Source: Chiloscyllium plagiosum
Taxonomy: Eukaryota
DNA length: 64,000 nucleotides
NCBI RefSeq assembly: GCF_004010195.1
Contig: NC_057749.1
Coordinates: 17,067,750-17,131,749, forward strand
Direction: 5' to 3'
Position numbers and translations under genes: made by a program. Below are positions 25,245-39,030 of this stretch, piece by piece. Position 1 is the stretch's first letter. Every line of letters starts with the position of its first letter. Below the pieces are notes generated by a model that saw nothing but the letters and a program-made list of their open reading frames with translations, had not been told where the DNA came from and did not search any database.

Positions 25245-27484
25245 CACTGAACAACCACCTCTGCATCCAGAATCACATCATGAAGATAATCTCATTTTAA
25301 CCACTTGAAACTACGCAGTTAATCTTTTAATTAATGCAGCAAGCTTATTAAACAGGTAGGTGCAGTGAAAGATGCTAATTGACTAACATAAGCAAAATAC
25401 CAAAGTTATTGGAAGAAGGACATTTTAATCAATGAAAAGTTCTGAATAATCTTAATTGATACAGTTAATAGAGTAAGTGTCTACAGGCTTGAGTGCTTAT
25501 TGGCTGATTACCAGCAGACATTTATTGACATTGTGGGGTAGTGAGTGTTTGGATCTATTTATTTAGAATATCTTATTTTGTGAATACGTCTAAAACTGGG
25601 TAGAGCCTTCTGCTCTCCTCCTTCACCAACATGAAATTTTACACTCAGGAGGTCTAACACCAGTGTACATTACTGCCTGACCTGTTGAAAGGTTTCTGGT
25701 GTTTTCTGTTTAGATGTCAGCTATGGCTCAGTTGAAAGCACTGTCATGTGAGACATAAGGTTGTGGGTTGAAGTACTACTCCAGAAACTTGAGTGTAAGG
25801 GCTAGGCAGACTCTTCCCATGTAGTATCGATGGAGTGCTGCAATGTCAAGGTGCTGTATTTCTGAGAAGACTTTCAACCAAGGGGAAAGGATCCATGGCT
25901 AAAATCAATGACATATTGCTATTCAAAAGCAGACATCTCCTCTTCCCCAGGATTCATCCTTTAAATTAAATGGTATTGAGTTGGCAAACTGTGCTGTATG
26001 GGACAAGCGTAGAATTGTACACAATTTGTCCAGGATATAGTAGATTATTTCCGATAGTCCAGAGACGAGAAGGGAAAGTGTATGTGACAAGTTTATGTTT
26101 TTTATGGCTATCTTGCACAAGGGAATGTGTTGCACTCCCTCAATTATGACCCAATCTGTTTTCCTCAAAGGAAATTGACTGAGTTTAGCTTTCTCTTGAC
26201 CCAAACTGAACTCTGCATTGGACTGAAATGTGCTTCTTTTTATTTATAGATGACAACTGATGTTGGTTCTGTCCGTAATCAAAGGTTGAGAAATCAAAAA
26301 GGGGGAAGAGAAGATCACAAGAACAGTGTGTTTTTGTTGCCTAGTTAGATAACCCTGGTCGTTTGCTTTCTGCTTACAAGATTATTTTTGTTTCAAGAGG
26401 ATAGAGTTCTGACATCACAGGAAGTGCAAAATTAGTTTTCCACGCTTACAGATAACAGCCCAAGTATTGAGCAGCACCTTCTTAGTGAAATATTAAACTA
26501 AGGCCACAGTGACCTATTCAGTGGGTGCTGATCTCGCCTGACACAATCGGAACAGTACGGAGTTTCCTGAACAACATTATTCCCTCGGCCAACACTAGCC
26601 AAGAACACTAACTGCTTATTCATTGTGTTTCCATTTGTGATGTTTTACTGTGCACATATCTGTACCCACAAGACCAGCCACTTTATGAAGTGATTCACTG
26701 TGGCTGAATGGCTCAGGCCATACTATATAAATTCAGTTTATTCTTCTCCATTGAACAGAATGTTTGGACATCCACATCTCTGACACTTCAATGAGGTCTG
26801 CTGTTCTCTCCTTCACACGTTCCGTGACCTCCACCAGCTGTGATCATTGTGTCTCCCTCAGACCAAGGGATATATCCAATCTCTACCCAATCCACGAATC
26901 TCTAATCCCATTCCCAATATAAGGGTTCCTTTTTGTGTAATACCTCGTGGCTACAACGGGCTGTGCAAACTCGGTTAGCTTGTTGAACAGCACCATGATT
27001 GGAGATAAATGTAAATCTTGAAGCATTCACTGTGCACCGTGTGAGTTAGTTTCAGCGCACAACACAAACCCTCTGCCTGTGAACTGTGAGCTTGCAAAGT
27101 CTGGGAATCTTCAAATACAGCAGAGACTGGCCACCACACACAACGGATAAACTGAAATCCAGTTGTGCCTGCCGGCTGGAATCAACCTGCATGAATAATC
27201 TTAATGCTGTTTCTAAAGAATACAGAACCAAAAGAGGGTTTGTACTTGAAATGGAAAACTGAAGAGGGCCCTTTCTGCAGTTGAGAAACTTTCGTGTATG
27301 TTAAGTACAGACAGAACATTACACTGCACTCATGTTCAAGTAATGACAGGTGGTCCAGTATTGCTTAAATTCATAAACCTGTTGCCAAAGTGACACTGCC
27401 TGTCAATGACTAATAAATTACCTGATGTGTAACTGACACAGAGGAAGATGAAATAACTCCACAGAGTCCGTATCTCATCACCGT

Positions 27485-28175
27485 GGTTAATGGTAAGATT
27501 CTTGGTAGCATAAATGAGCAGAGTGCTCTCAGTGTCCATGCGTGTCGATCCTTGAAAGTTGCCACCAAGGTTGACATAGTGGTTAAGAAGGCGTATGGTG
27601 TGTTAGCTTCTTTTGGTAGAGAGATTGAGTTTTGGAGCCATGAGGTCATGTTGCAGTTGTAGAAAACTCTGGTGCAGCCATACTTGGGAGTATTGCGTAC
27701 AGTTCTGGTCAACACATTACAGGAAGGATGTGGAAGCATTGAAGTGCGTGCAGAGGAGATTTACCAGGATGTTGCCTGGTATGGAGGGAAGATCTTATGA
27801 GGAAAGGCTGAAGGACTTGAGGCTGTTTTTGTTTCAAGAGAATAGATTAAGAGGTGACTTAATAGATGCAAGATAATAGGAGGATTACATAGGGTGGACG
27901 GTGAGAGCCTTTTTCCTCAGATAGTGATGGCTAGCATGAGGGGGCATAGCTTTAAATTGAGGGATGATAGATATAGGACAGATGTCAGAGGTAGATTCTT
28001 TACTCAGAGAGTAGTATGGACATGGAATGCCCTGCCTGGACCAGCAGTAGACTCACCAACATTAGGGCATTTAAGTAATCATTGCATAAATATAGGGGTG
28101 ATAATGGAAAAGAATAGGTTAGATGGGCTTCAGATTGGTTTCACAGGTCGGTGCAACATTGAGGGCCAAAGATTT
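27485..28175 (+). mobile_element. CR1 3' fragment
   Basis: ORFs give EYCVQFWSTHYRKDVEAL and RGRFFTQRVVWTWNALP. Confidence 0.9.
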
Positions 28176-29144
28176 TTTTTTCTCTTAATTTTCTTTTGTT
28201 CTATGTTTATATCTGTCAGCCAGTGCTCCCTGATTGGACCAAGTTTATACCTCTAATCAGGAAACTCGTATTCTATGAGGTCCAGCTGGTTGACCTCATC
28301 ACTACAGAAGGTGCCAAATTCAACCTGGTCTGTTTGGAGGTACTGATCTCAGGTGAGCTAACCAGAAGGTTTCTTTCTATTCTTTTGCATTTATTGTCCA
28401 TACTCTAGTTGCCCTTGAGAAGGTGTTGGTGAGCTGCCTTCTTGAACTGGTGCAATCCCTTTACCAAACCCACAATTCCTTTACAGAGGAGTCCCTGGAA
28501 TTCAACTCAGTGACACTGAAGGAACAGTGATATATTCTTGTCAATGGTACACACTGTTGCTACTGAATGTTGGTGGTGGAGACTTGTGGATGTGGTGCAA
28601 ACTTTGCCCTGTACAGTGTCAATATTATTGTTATCCAGGCAGATGAGGTGTATTCCATCACACTCCTGACTTGAACTGAAGAGGCTTTAAGATTCAAATC
28701 ACCCCTGACCTGGTAACCCAAGAGGAAATCCTCTCTCAGTTCTGCCATGGCAACCGTTTCCTGATCTCTTACACATTTACACTTTGCTTGCTGTCATATA
28801 GCCCACGAACAAGTTCGTAAATGGAGAACTATTTATCTCTTCAGGGATAGACCAGCAGGAAACATGCAAAGCAAAGATTCAATCCCATTGAGTATCAGTG
28901 GAGACTCTGAGTATGGTTTGTTATCAGATATTTTAACTTTGAGGTAGTGGGCATTAACCTTTGAACTGGAGAATCTATTGAAAAACAGGCATGTCCCACA
29001 GCCGGAACTTTCCTAGGTTAAATGATTTTAAGTAAAATCATCACTGTTCTGAAGGAATTTGAAGGAGGACTTGTCCTGGAAATGGTAAAAAGTTCACAGT
29101 TGGGTCAGTTGGAGGGATTTTCTGAGGAAGCAGAGCGTTTGCAT

Positions 29145-29485
29145 AAGCTTTATGTGTATCTAATCCTGTCCTGGGAATAACTGATAGGGATAGTGTGGAG
29201 AGAGCTTTACTCTGTATCTAATTCCACGCTTTCCTTTTTCTGGGAGTGTTTGATAGGGGCAGTGTGGAGAGAGCTTTATGCTGTACGTAATCCCATGCTT
29301 TCCTTGTCTTGGGAATGTTTGACAGGAGACAATGTAGAGAAAGGTTTACCCTCGTTCTAACTCATTGCTGTCCCTGTCATGTGAATGTTTGATGGGTATA
29401 CTGTCGCGAGAGCTAAACTTTCAGTTTAAATTAAAAGAGTTTGCTGTACTCTGTATCTAGCTCTATGCTGTCTCTGTTTTGGGTG
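29145..29485 (+). repeat. Degenerate ~69-bp tandem repeat, 4-5 units
   Basis: Recurring gagagctttactctgtatcta...ctgggagtgtttgatagggg, with agcttta at 29203 and 29272. Confidence 0.7.
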
Positions 29486-29951
29486 TCTCCCTTCCTCACG
29501 TTAATTATAAAATCTGTTAATTCTGGGTGGTGTTAATGCTGAGTTCGCCTCTTTCTCTCAATGATGCTGGGTTCTCATTCACTTTTCTTGTTAATTCTGG
29601 GACCTGTCTCCCTGTGTCTCTAGGGATAAACCAATTGTGATGCGGAAGTGGTTTCCCGCCATCAGACAGCCTCACCCAGCTCCCAGTCCCTGAGGATCTG
29701 AACTGGAATTGGGAGACACAAAACGGCGACAGCCTCAACAGAAGTTCCAGAGACGTGGGGGTGGAGGGGGCTGTAAGGTGAGGCATCCCCACTGCCTGGA
29801 GCCGCTGCCCTGACCCATGCATCAGTAAAGTTAGGCAGTGATAAAGTCCCATGAAGGAAGGGGGGTGAGGAGTTTTATCCAGAGTCTGGGACTGATGCAA
29901 AACTTTCAGACTGGGTTCACTGACCATCTGCAACAAGCATTTGCAGCTCAC

Positions 29952-30000
29952 AGCTTGATTCCTGAGAGTATCCGAACCGGCTGGTTAAACACTTGTACAT
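29952..30000 (-). CDS. IQGAP1: Candidate alternative first coding exon of IQGAP1
   Basis: gcgATG TAC AAG...TCA AGC T|gtgagc encodes MYKCLTSRFGYSQESS plus 1 nt, the same phase 1 and same split Ser codon as canonical exon 1. Confidence 0.5.
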
Positions 30001-30447
30001 CGCGTTAAAAGAACTCGAATAACAACAGCTCAGCCATGCTGTTAGCCACGCCCTTGGGTGGGGGTGGGGGTCAAAATGCACAGCAAGATCCCACAAAGCG
30101 GGACTGGAAACCAAGGGGCAAAAATTGACATGTCAACTTCCAATTCCGGACAGGAACCATTAAAAGCAAGAGTCATCTTCCTCCTCTAGTGCCTGTAAAT
30201 ACAGCATCCCCCACCAAAACTGAGCTGAAATTCACAGAATAAGGTTTGGTTTGGGATGTCTCTCCGCCAAATCACACACCTGCCTTGCAACTTCCTCCAA
30301 ATAGTTATCCATTCGCCAGATCGTTCTGAACACACTGATACTCGACTGATCTCCACCCCCACCCACATGTCCCAAACTTCATTGTAATGGGCTCGAGTTG
30401 CCTCCTCCAGGTGTAGCTTATTTTGCAGTTTGACCAAGTTTACTTAC

Positions 30448-30502
30448 AGCCATAGTGGGGTCTGACTGCCCCCAGCCCATCCACGTCGTCTGATGTGGAC
30501 AT
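30448..30502 (-). CDS. IQGAP1: IQGAP1 coding exon 1
   Basis: agaATG...TATGGCT|gtaagt encodes MSTSDDVDGLGAVRPHYG(S) (human MSAADEVDGLGVARPHYGS). Phase 1 joins exon 2. Confidence 0.95.
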
Positions 30503-30700
30503 TCTCAACTCACTCTGCCCCTCCAAACCCCGACGAAAGGACACCGCCAAGTCTCCGTTTTCCAGCAGGGTGGGCGGTGGACTTCGTTGTACGTGTATCT
30601 CAGTCTCTTTCAGCGTTTCCTTCCTCTCCTCCCTCTCTCTTTCTCTCAGTCACTTGTGGGTGTAGCTTCAGGCTCAACATTCATCTTACACTCCCTCTGT
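30503..30700 (-). promoter_or_regulatory. IQGAP1 5' UTR / proximal promoter (modestly CpG-enriched)
   Basis: Locally raised CpG content and a GC box (gggtgggcggtgg ~30568-30580) upstream of the ATG. Confidence 0.45.
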
Positions 30701-30809
30701 TGCTCTCCCTTTGTACTGCATTGCTTATGCTTTCACTTTCTCCAGTGACTCTACATCCTTCGTATCCCTTACCGTTATGGCTTGAAAGTTGTCCAGACAC
30801 TTAAATGTA

Positions 30810-31190
30810 AGAACGAGAGGCAATCTCAGTGAGGCATGTAAGATTCTGAATGGGGTAGACGCTGGGAGATTGTTCCCCCGGCCGTGGAATATAGAACACA
30901 GGAGACCATCCCTTAGGAAAACGGGACTGATTGTTTAAGACTGAGATGAGAAGAAATTACTTCATTCAAAGGGTTGTGGATCTTTAGAATTCTCGACTCA
31001 AGAGGATTGCTGATGCTCCGTTGTTGAATATAGATAAGGATGGAGGCGGACAGACTTTTGGTCTCCCAGGTAAGCAAGGGATCAGAGAAGTAGGCAGGGA
31101 GGTGGAGTTGAAGGCCAATGTTATAATTCCAGTGAATGGCAGAACAGGTTGGACTGGCTATACAGTCTACTCATTGTCCTATTTCTTGTG
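30810..31190 (+). mobile_element. Older CR1 3' fragment
   Basis: gagatgagaagaaattacttcattcaaagggttgtggatctttagaattctc motif. Confidence 0.7.
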
Positions 31191-32756
31191 ACCTTACCAA
31201 ATTTTGTTATTTCTCCCCCCACATCCCCTTGTTTGTAGGAATTGGAGGCTGTTCAGCCCCTCTGTTTCATCATTCAGAATGATCTGGCTGTTCTTTATCT
31301 TAATTCTACTTTATACTCTGGCTTGCAAAGGTCTATGCAACACCAAATAACATATAATACTGGGGGTGGGGAACTGCACTGCACTGTTGGAAGGACAAAC
31401 TTGAGAATGATTAGCCAAATTGAGATCCTGACTGTGTCTCAGGGGAATATAAAGCATCTGATTGAATTGTTTCAAAGATGATTCTCCTTGGTGTCATAGC
31501 CAATATTTATACCTCAAATCAATTAGGTGGGTAATTTTGTCACTGCTGGAGTTTTCAGTGTGTCACTTGGCTGTTGATTCTTCCATTACAACAGGGACTA
31601 CACTTTAAAAAAGTAATTTGTTAGCTGTTATGGATTGTGAAGTATCATAAGATTATAAAATGCACTTTCTAAATGCGTGTTTTTTTTCTTTTATCCTTTA
31701 AACTGAGGAATATACTTTTACAATCCATTATTTTGAAATAAGAACAGGACTTTGAGGATTTTAACAGTGAGACCCTTTGTTGTGCCTTCTCGATACTGTG
31801 ATCTGATGAGCACTGCCATGACAGAAGGCCAATTATAAATTAAAAAAAACTGGTTTACTTAGATTATTTGCTAACCATTTTGTCCGTTTCCTAACACTCT
31901 TCATGTTGTGTAAGATAATAAATTGGTCTACATGGTGACAAAGTCTGTGTCTTGTGCCAGACTCATAACCTCCTGTGGATGTTCCAGAAAGAGAGGAAAA
32001 TATTGGGAAGTAGAAAGAGAGAGGAAACCAAATGGTTATCTGCTGCCACTTGTCCTGCTCCTAATTCCTTTCCCTTTACTGCTGCCCCTTCTCATTCTGC
32101 CTCTGTGACTTCATTATCACTCTTCTGCTGGCACCATTTGTCTCACTTATTTAGGCTCACTCCACTTCGAAGGGCGTTTCTTTGAGGTGAGTCATGGGTG
32201 CACTCAGCCAGCTTCAGAGGGGCTCTCTGTTTCCCTAACCCATGCTTTTGAGCAGACAACTAATTTTGGGCCTGAGATTGTTGCAAATTTGTTTCAGAGA
32301 GATTTTATTTAAGCAGTGTGTTTATTCCAAATCAGAAACACTAGAGATGACCTTGAAGGTGCAAATGATAACTGATGATACTGACAACTGATTGCGCCAC
32401 GCTTCCACTTACACACTGATCAGACAACTGCTGATACCAGTGGTCAATATATTAAATGATTAAAACTCATAAAGAACTGGCTGATTGGTGTGTGCGGTGA
32501 ATTATAAAACTTTTCACTGTATTTTTCATATAAAAGTACACATGACAATAAATTTCTATTCTATTCTATTCTATTCAGGCCACTATGGATACTAAATTCC
32601 AGTGATGCGGTAGCAGTATTTATATGACTGGATTAATAATCCAGGATTATAGGTTTATAATCTGCAGATGTAAATCCAAATTCTACCATGGCAGCTGGGG
32701 AATTTCAATTAAGTAAAGAAACCTAGAATAAAGGCTAACACCATCATAGTGACAAT

Positions 32757-33296
32757 GAAACTACTGGATTAGCGAGTTTTGCGAAGGTTTGTAGCTCAGG
32801 TTGCAGTTCTGGATATGGGTTTGCTCACTTGAGCTGGAAGGTTTATTTTCAGACACTTCATCTCCATACTATTTCAGGGAGCTTCTGAATGAAGCACTGG
32901 TGGAATAGCCTGCTTTCTATTTATATGTTTGAGTTTCCTTGCATTGGTGACATCATTTCCTGTTTCTTTTCCTCAGAGAGTGGTAAATGTCAATCCAAGT
33001 CAATGTGTTTGTTGAGCGCGTTTCAGTTGGCATGCCATGCTTCTAGGAATTCTCATGCGTGTCTCATTGTCATTATTATGGTGCTTGTCTTAGGATGGAT
33101 GTGTTGTCCCAGTCAAAGTCGTGTCCTTCCTCATCCGTTTGTAAGGATACTAGTGACAGTATAAATAGAAAGCAGGCTACACCTCCAGTGCTTCATTCAG
33201 AGGCTCGGTGAAGATGTTAGCTAGTATGGTGACGAAACGTCTGAAAATGAACCTTCCAGCTCAGCGAGCAAACCTACATCCAGAAACTACTGGATT
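32757..33296. mobile_element. PLE family B fold-back insertion with exact 14-bp TSD, nested in a SINE
   Basis: gaaactactggatt at 32757-32770 and 33283-33296; minus arm ~32771-33158 and plus arm ~33160-33282. Confidence 0.85.
33205..33244 (+). ncRNA. Minimal hammerhead ribozyme motif (PLE family B)
   Basis: tcg-gTGAAGA-t-GTTAGC-tagtat-GGTGAC-GAAA-CG-TC-tga; C3 is mutated. Confidence 0.6.
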
Positions 33297-35479
33297 GTTG
33301 TTAAAATCCTAGCTGGTTTACTAATCTCCTTTAATTAAGCAAACACTGTCTATACCCAGTCTGCTGTCACATATGACTCCAGACCCATTGCAATGTGGTT
33401 AGCCATCTGATATTGCTGAATAAGCCACTCAGTTGTATTAAAACTGCTCCAAGAAACTACAATGCACATAGACTGCAGCTCACCACTCAGGCAATTAGCA
33501 ATGGGCAACAGCTGCTGGTCTTTCCTGAGCCAGCCATATCTTGTAATGAATGGAAAATATCCATGCTCAAAGATCTGAAACTGATAGATCTTGGTGTTCT
33601 AACTTAGGATTTATTCACTGACAGGGCAGCCATCCATCCAAATAGTCAGGATCACTAAATGCAACAAAGGAGGACATAACTTAAAAAAATGTAAGTAGAA
33701 GTGTAAAAGAATTGCCAAGGCACACAGACCACCTTGCTGACGAGATCAGGATGTCCATGATGCAAGTTAAATGCACAGAAACATGTTATAAAGTTTCCTC
33801 CCTTTCTATCACGTTGGTTCTCCATTCACTCCCGTGAGATATTTAGAACTGCTCAGCTGGTGACATTGTTCAGGAGGGAGAGCAGCTACAGGTTTTTTGC
33901 TCTGGTAAAATGGTAGCACACCCACCTTAAGGAATGGGTAAGTTATCTCCGGTGTCAATATTCTCTGAACAATATTTGTTCCTCAGTCAATATGACACAA
34001 ACAGATTTATGTGTGCAAATAGAGTGCTGTGTTTACTCAACCAAGACACTACTTATTCATCTGTAAAGCGCTTTGGGACAGCTAGTCAGTGTGAAGTGAC
34101 ATATAAATGATAGTTTCCCTTTACAATTAAAACAATTTGCATAGTACTGTATTGGGAATTATCATGAAATTTCTCTTCCTGTTACAGTGTAAAGTCTGTC
34201 CATGAAGCCCTGTATGGAGATCACCTCATTCAGCATAGAGTAGAGCCCTCACATCCACAGGGCCTAGCAACACATTGGACAACTTACAGAACTATTTCTA
34301 CAGTATCAATTCAGTTAAACATTTTATTTAATCATAATAGTTTCTGTTCCTTTTATTCATTTTTTTTAACTGGGAAGGAAGACAAGAAACACAAAGAAAT
34401 GATAAATTGACACTAAGCTGTCAATTTAAATTCTGCTAACTGCATGGAGAGGGTGAGATTAGGGAAGATTATTCTCAAGAACCAGGGAAGGGTTCAATCA
34501 AAGGAAATAGTATGATGTATGTTTATTAATGAGGAAGTACCAGGCAGTACAGTTAGAGCTTGAAACAAGAAAATCCTCATTGTTAAAAGATCATATTTTC
34601 AGAATATTTTCTCTAATTGAAAAAGCAACTAAATTGCCCACAGTGTTCAAGGATGTGTAGACTAGGTGCATTAGTCAGGGGTAAATATAGGGTGGGGGAA
34701 TGGGTCTGGGTGGGTTACTCTCCGGAGGGTCAGTGTGGCCTTGTTGGGCGGAAGGGCCTGTTTCCACACTGTAGGAATTCTAATTCTAAATTTGATCAGT
34801 AATCAACAATTACATTCCCATTTGTTTTAAGGTCGAAGAACAGTGAGAATGTTCAGATTTAATTCCTTTAACTCTGGCAATTTGCAAATCTCTGATTTTT
34901 AATTACTGCACCATTAGTGGCCATGCTTTCAGCCCCTTGATCTCTGGAATTCCTTTTGTACACTTGTCTCACCCTTCAAGGCAAAATCTATAAGCCTTTT
35001 CTCATCTGCTTAATGTGGCTCCGTGTCACATTTTGCTTGATAAACATCTTTGGTTATTTAATTAAATATTTTTATAGCACAGTTTTAGTTGTCTTTGTAA
35101 ATTTACAAATCAATGAGTAGTGAATTACATGGAGGACTGCTCCTCCACACGGTTCTATTGCGTAAATACATTACAATTGGGTACAGTGCCATTTCTAATC
35201 ATGGTCGCCATCTACTGCTGAGAATCATCCCATGCAATCAAATTGTCTGCAGTCCCTTGGCTAATTTTAAACAAACTCATGAATAAAAAGTACAACATAA
35301 AAACAGGCCTTCTGAGTCAACTAGTTGCTGTCAGCATTTGCTCTCCACATGAGCAAAGAATACGTAATACTTTACTCAGGGTCATGGTTTGGGGAAATAC
35401 CTGTTCCCATATTCCCTCATCCATTTGGCAAATGTAATCAATATTTCTGCCTCAGCTACTGGAGTTCAGAAAAGTAAGA

Positions 35480-35800
35480 AGCTTTTTGATTGAAACATAA
35501 GATCCTGAAGGGTCTTGACAGGGCAGTTATACAAGGGATACCCACGAAACAGAGATGAAGAGACATTTTCTCTCAGATGGTGGTAAATCTTTGGAGCTTA
35601 ATCCTCGAAAGGCAGTGGAAGCAGAGTCTTTAAATATTTTTGAAGTGGAAGTAGATAGATTTATGATAAGGAAGGTGGGGAGGGTGAAAGATTATTGGGA
35701 ATATATTGGAATGTACAATAATCAGAAAGTCATGGTATTATTGAAGGACAAAACATAACAGAGACTGGATTGCCTGCTCCTAATTTGTAAGTTTATATGT
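35480..35800 (+). mobile_element. Old CR1 3' fragment
   Basis: KAVEAESLNIFEVEVDRF-like translation. Confidence 0.7.
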
Positions 35801-35869
35801 ACAACCACAGACAGGAACTGAATTTCTCAGCTTTGTAATGCTCTGTGTGAAGCAGTTTCTCCTCTTAAG

Positions 35870-36310
35870 ATGTGAATGGGATATAGGCATCTCTGCCAAA
35901 GTCAGCATTTATTGCCCATTCTTAATTATCCTGAAGGTGTTGTGAGTTGTCTCCTTGACCTGCTGCAGTCTTTATGGGGTAGGGACACCCACAGTGTTGT
36001 CAGATACCGTCTAGCTGTTTTCGCAGTTACAGTGAAATAACAGTGATTAGTCCAAGTCAAGATGGTAAGTGGCTTGGAGGTCAATTTACAGGTGGTGGCA
36101 TTTGGATGCATCTTCTTCCTTTTCTTTTAAGTGATAGAGGTCGCAGAGTTGGAAGGTGCTGTTGGAGAAGCCTTAGTAAATTGCATCTTGATGGCACAAT
36201 TGCTGCTACTGTGTACCAGTGGTGAAGGGTATAATGAAGCTGCTTTGTCCTGGATGATGTCAAATTTTCTGTTGTTGGAGCTGCCAAGTCCGAAGTATTC
36301 CTGACTTGTG
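35870..36310 (-). mobile_element. Non-LTR retrotransposon 3' fragment (same family as 42580-43052)
   Basis: Reverse complement of the caccacctgtaaattgacctccaagccacttaccatcttgacttgg motif; tail shared with the 10610-type SINE. Confidence 0.6.
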
Positions 36311-38539
36311 CTGTGTCCTTTGCTCTAAATGTCTAATGATTTAACCTTGGACCAAAGATCACTTGTTCTTGAACCCGTGACTATAGGAGATAGACAGCTT
36401 CTATTTACCCTCTCCAATTAAAACATTTAATCATTTACACCACACTACCTCTAACTTGTGTTCCTTGATCAGAAAGTGAAAAAGCATCCCGAGTTTGAGA
36501 TAATTGAGGATGGCTAATGTCTGTGTTGAAATATCATTTTAGTTTGCATTGAAGTCACAAAAATTCTGCGATTTGCTTAGGAGGGAATGTAATCACACTT
36601 TGTGTGAAAAAAGCAAAGGAAATGTCTTTATCCTCACAGTGAATTTAATTGCACACTGAGAATTACTAATTCCATTGATGAGGCTCAGCTCTACACAAAC
36701 ATCTGAAATCAATCTGAAATTTCCAAGTTTGCAACTGAATACGACAGACTTGCACTCATCATTCATCCACCCAAATTCAGCAAGCTATGAATATGGCTAT
36801 GACCTTGAAATGGCTTCCTCTCTGTGGAGAGCTCTCCTGGTGCAGACAGCGCAGCTGTGTAGCTGATAACTCTATTGCTTTGTGAGAAGTTGAGCTGCAC
36901 AAGCAACAAGACTCCAGTCATTTTAAAAAATGTATTCACAGGAAATAGTAACTTTTCACAAGACTGGCATTCATTGCTGTTGAGGTGTGCTGAACAAATT
37001 TACTGGGTACAGCTGAGTTTCTTGTGAGGTCATTTCAAAGGGGACCATGCTTCTGTGGGTCTGGAGTCACATGTAGACTGGGCAAGATTAGGATATCTGA
37101 TTTTCTTGTGGAGAGGTTATTAGTGAACTAAGTAAAGTTTTACAACAGTCCTGATCACCATTATTTGTACTAGCTTCTTAGCATATTTATTTATTAATTG
37201 AAGTAAAATTCACCAGGTGCTTTGGTGGGAATTGAACTCACGTCATGTCAGGTCTGAGGATTACTGATTCAGTAATATAAAGATACAACACCCACATAAT
37301 TTTACTCAGTACGGCGCTACCTGAACTTAAGGAAGGGCAATATAATTAACGTGATTCCAAGTGAGCGAGGATAATAATCAATGAGGACAGCTATTCGTTT
37401 CCCATTCATACCTTCAGGAAAGTGAGTGAGAGACTGGAACAGGTTTGGTCATAATATCCTCAAGGTTAACTCTTAGATTCTGAGTTCAGGTAAGAAGAGT
37501 GGCCATACAGGTAAGGTACTGCTGCCTTTGGTATCGTAAACAAGAATAGTTAATCTTCAGAAGACAGAGAAAAGCTGGAAAAAAATCACAGGAATTTGAT
37601 TTGATTTATTTATTGTCACGTCTATTTTGTAACAAAATAGTGTAAAGTGTTGTATAGAGTCGCCAAACTCCAGCGCCATCTTAAAACACAGGAAAATAAA
37701 TCAAAATATAAAATAGAAAGGCAGAAAAATAAAGAGAAAGTGTTCAACTTTCTAGTTCTTCTTGTTAAGTGCTCCTCCATAAGCCTGGTGGACAGGTATG
37801 AGTCCACTTCACCATGCTGTTGCTGCTGGAAGTGAAGTCACCTCTCTGTGGCACCATCTCTCCTCCATCAATGCCTTCACCGCTGACTCCTTGCAGGACC
37901 TTGCCAGTACAGCTGCTGGATACTGCCCCAGGTCAAACTTGACTCCGCTGTTGCCATGAGTCCAATTCGGACCCACCTCACCAATGAAGCTGCCCCCGAT
38001 CCCGCCGACACTCACATTGGGACCAAACTTGCCTCCGCCTCCATAATCTGTGTTGGGTGCAGATGCTGCCAGGAACCCAAACATACTTCTGTTGCAGCAG
38101 CCATGAGTCAGCGCTAGAACCGTCTTGTGTTAATTGCTTATATCATTTAAGAGATTCTGAGGAGGAAGTTGAGGAATCTTGAGAAAATGCATGAGATGTT
38201 ACAATTTCTGCTTAATGAATTACAATATTGGAACAAATCTCAAAATGAGCAAAACAAAAATGTAGAGAATTAGTTTTACTGAGAAACTCGATGCGAGAGG
38301 AAAGGGAATGGTCAAGGCCCCGAACTCTACCAATACTTAGAAAAGTGGTGAGCAAATTTTGTAATGAAGTATACAACAAGTTGACACCAGGTTTAGGGTT
38401 TGTTAAAGCCCGTGGATTGAAAAACGCATGGAAAACAGAGAGATTAAAAGTTTCGTAGGTTTTAGGAATTGGAAAGAAATGAGCTAAAGCAGCAGATGAT
38501 TAAATAGTAAGATAATGTTTAATAAATATAATATTTTAT

Positions 38540-39030
38540 ATTACGACAAATTGCTAAAATTGCTGATGCCATACAGGTAGGGAGAGTAAGTTGTGAGGAG
38601 GACATAACAAGTTCACAAAAGGGTGTAGATGAGTTTAAGCGAGAGGGGAAAAAAATTGGCAAATGGAGTATGATGTGGGAAAATGCATGGTAGAATAGAA
38701 AAGCAGTATCTTATTTAAATGAAGAAAGATTGCCAAACTCAGTGATAAAAAACAATCTGGTGTTCTGGGACGTAAATCACAAAGTTAGTTTGCACAATGA
38801 TTAGTTGGGAAAATGAAATTTAGTGTTTATTCCAACATGACTGAAATATAAAAGTAGGCATGTTTTGCTGTAGTGGAATATGCGTTAGTGAGACCACATC
38901 AGGTGTACTGTGTTCAGTTTCGTTTCTTTATTCCAGAAAGAATATAATTGCAATAGAAGCCATGCAGTGAAAGTTCACTAGACTAATTCCTGGGATGATG
39001 GGCTAAACTTATGAAGAATGTTTAAACATT
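38540..39030 (+). mobile_element. Old CR1 ORF2 fragment
   Basis: Decayed WQMEY / LVRPH-YCVQF motifs. Confidence 0.65.

Noticed and set aside
1-39000. GRAMD2A expected from human synteny
   Set aside because: No GRAM-domain exon recognised on the plus strand.
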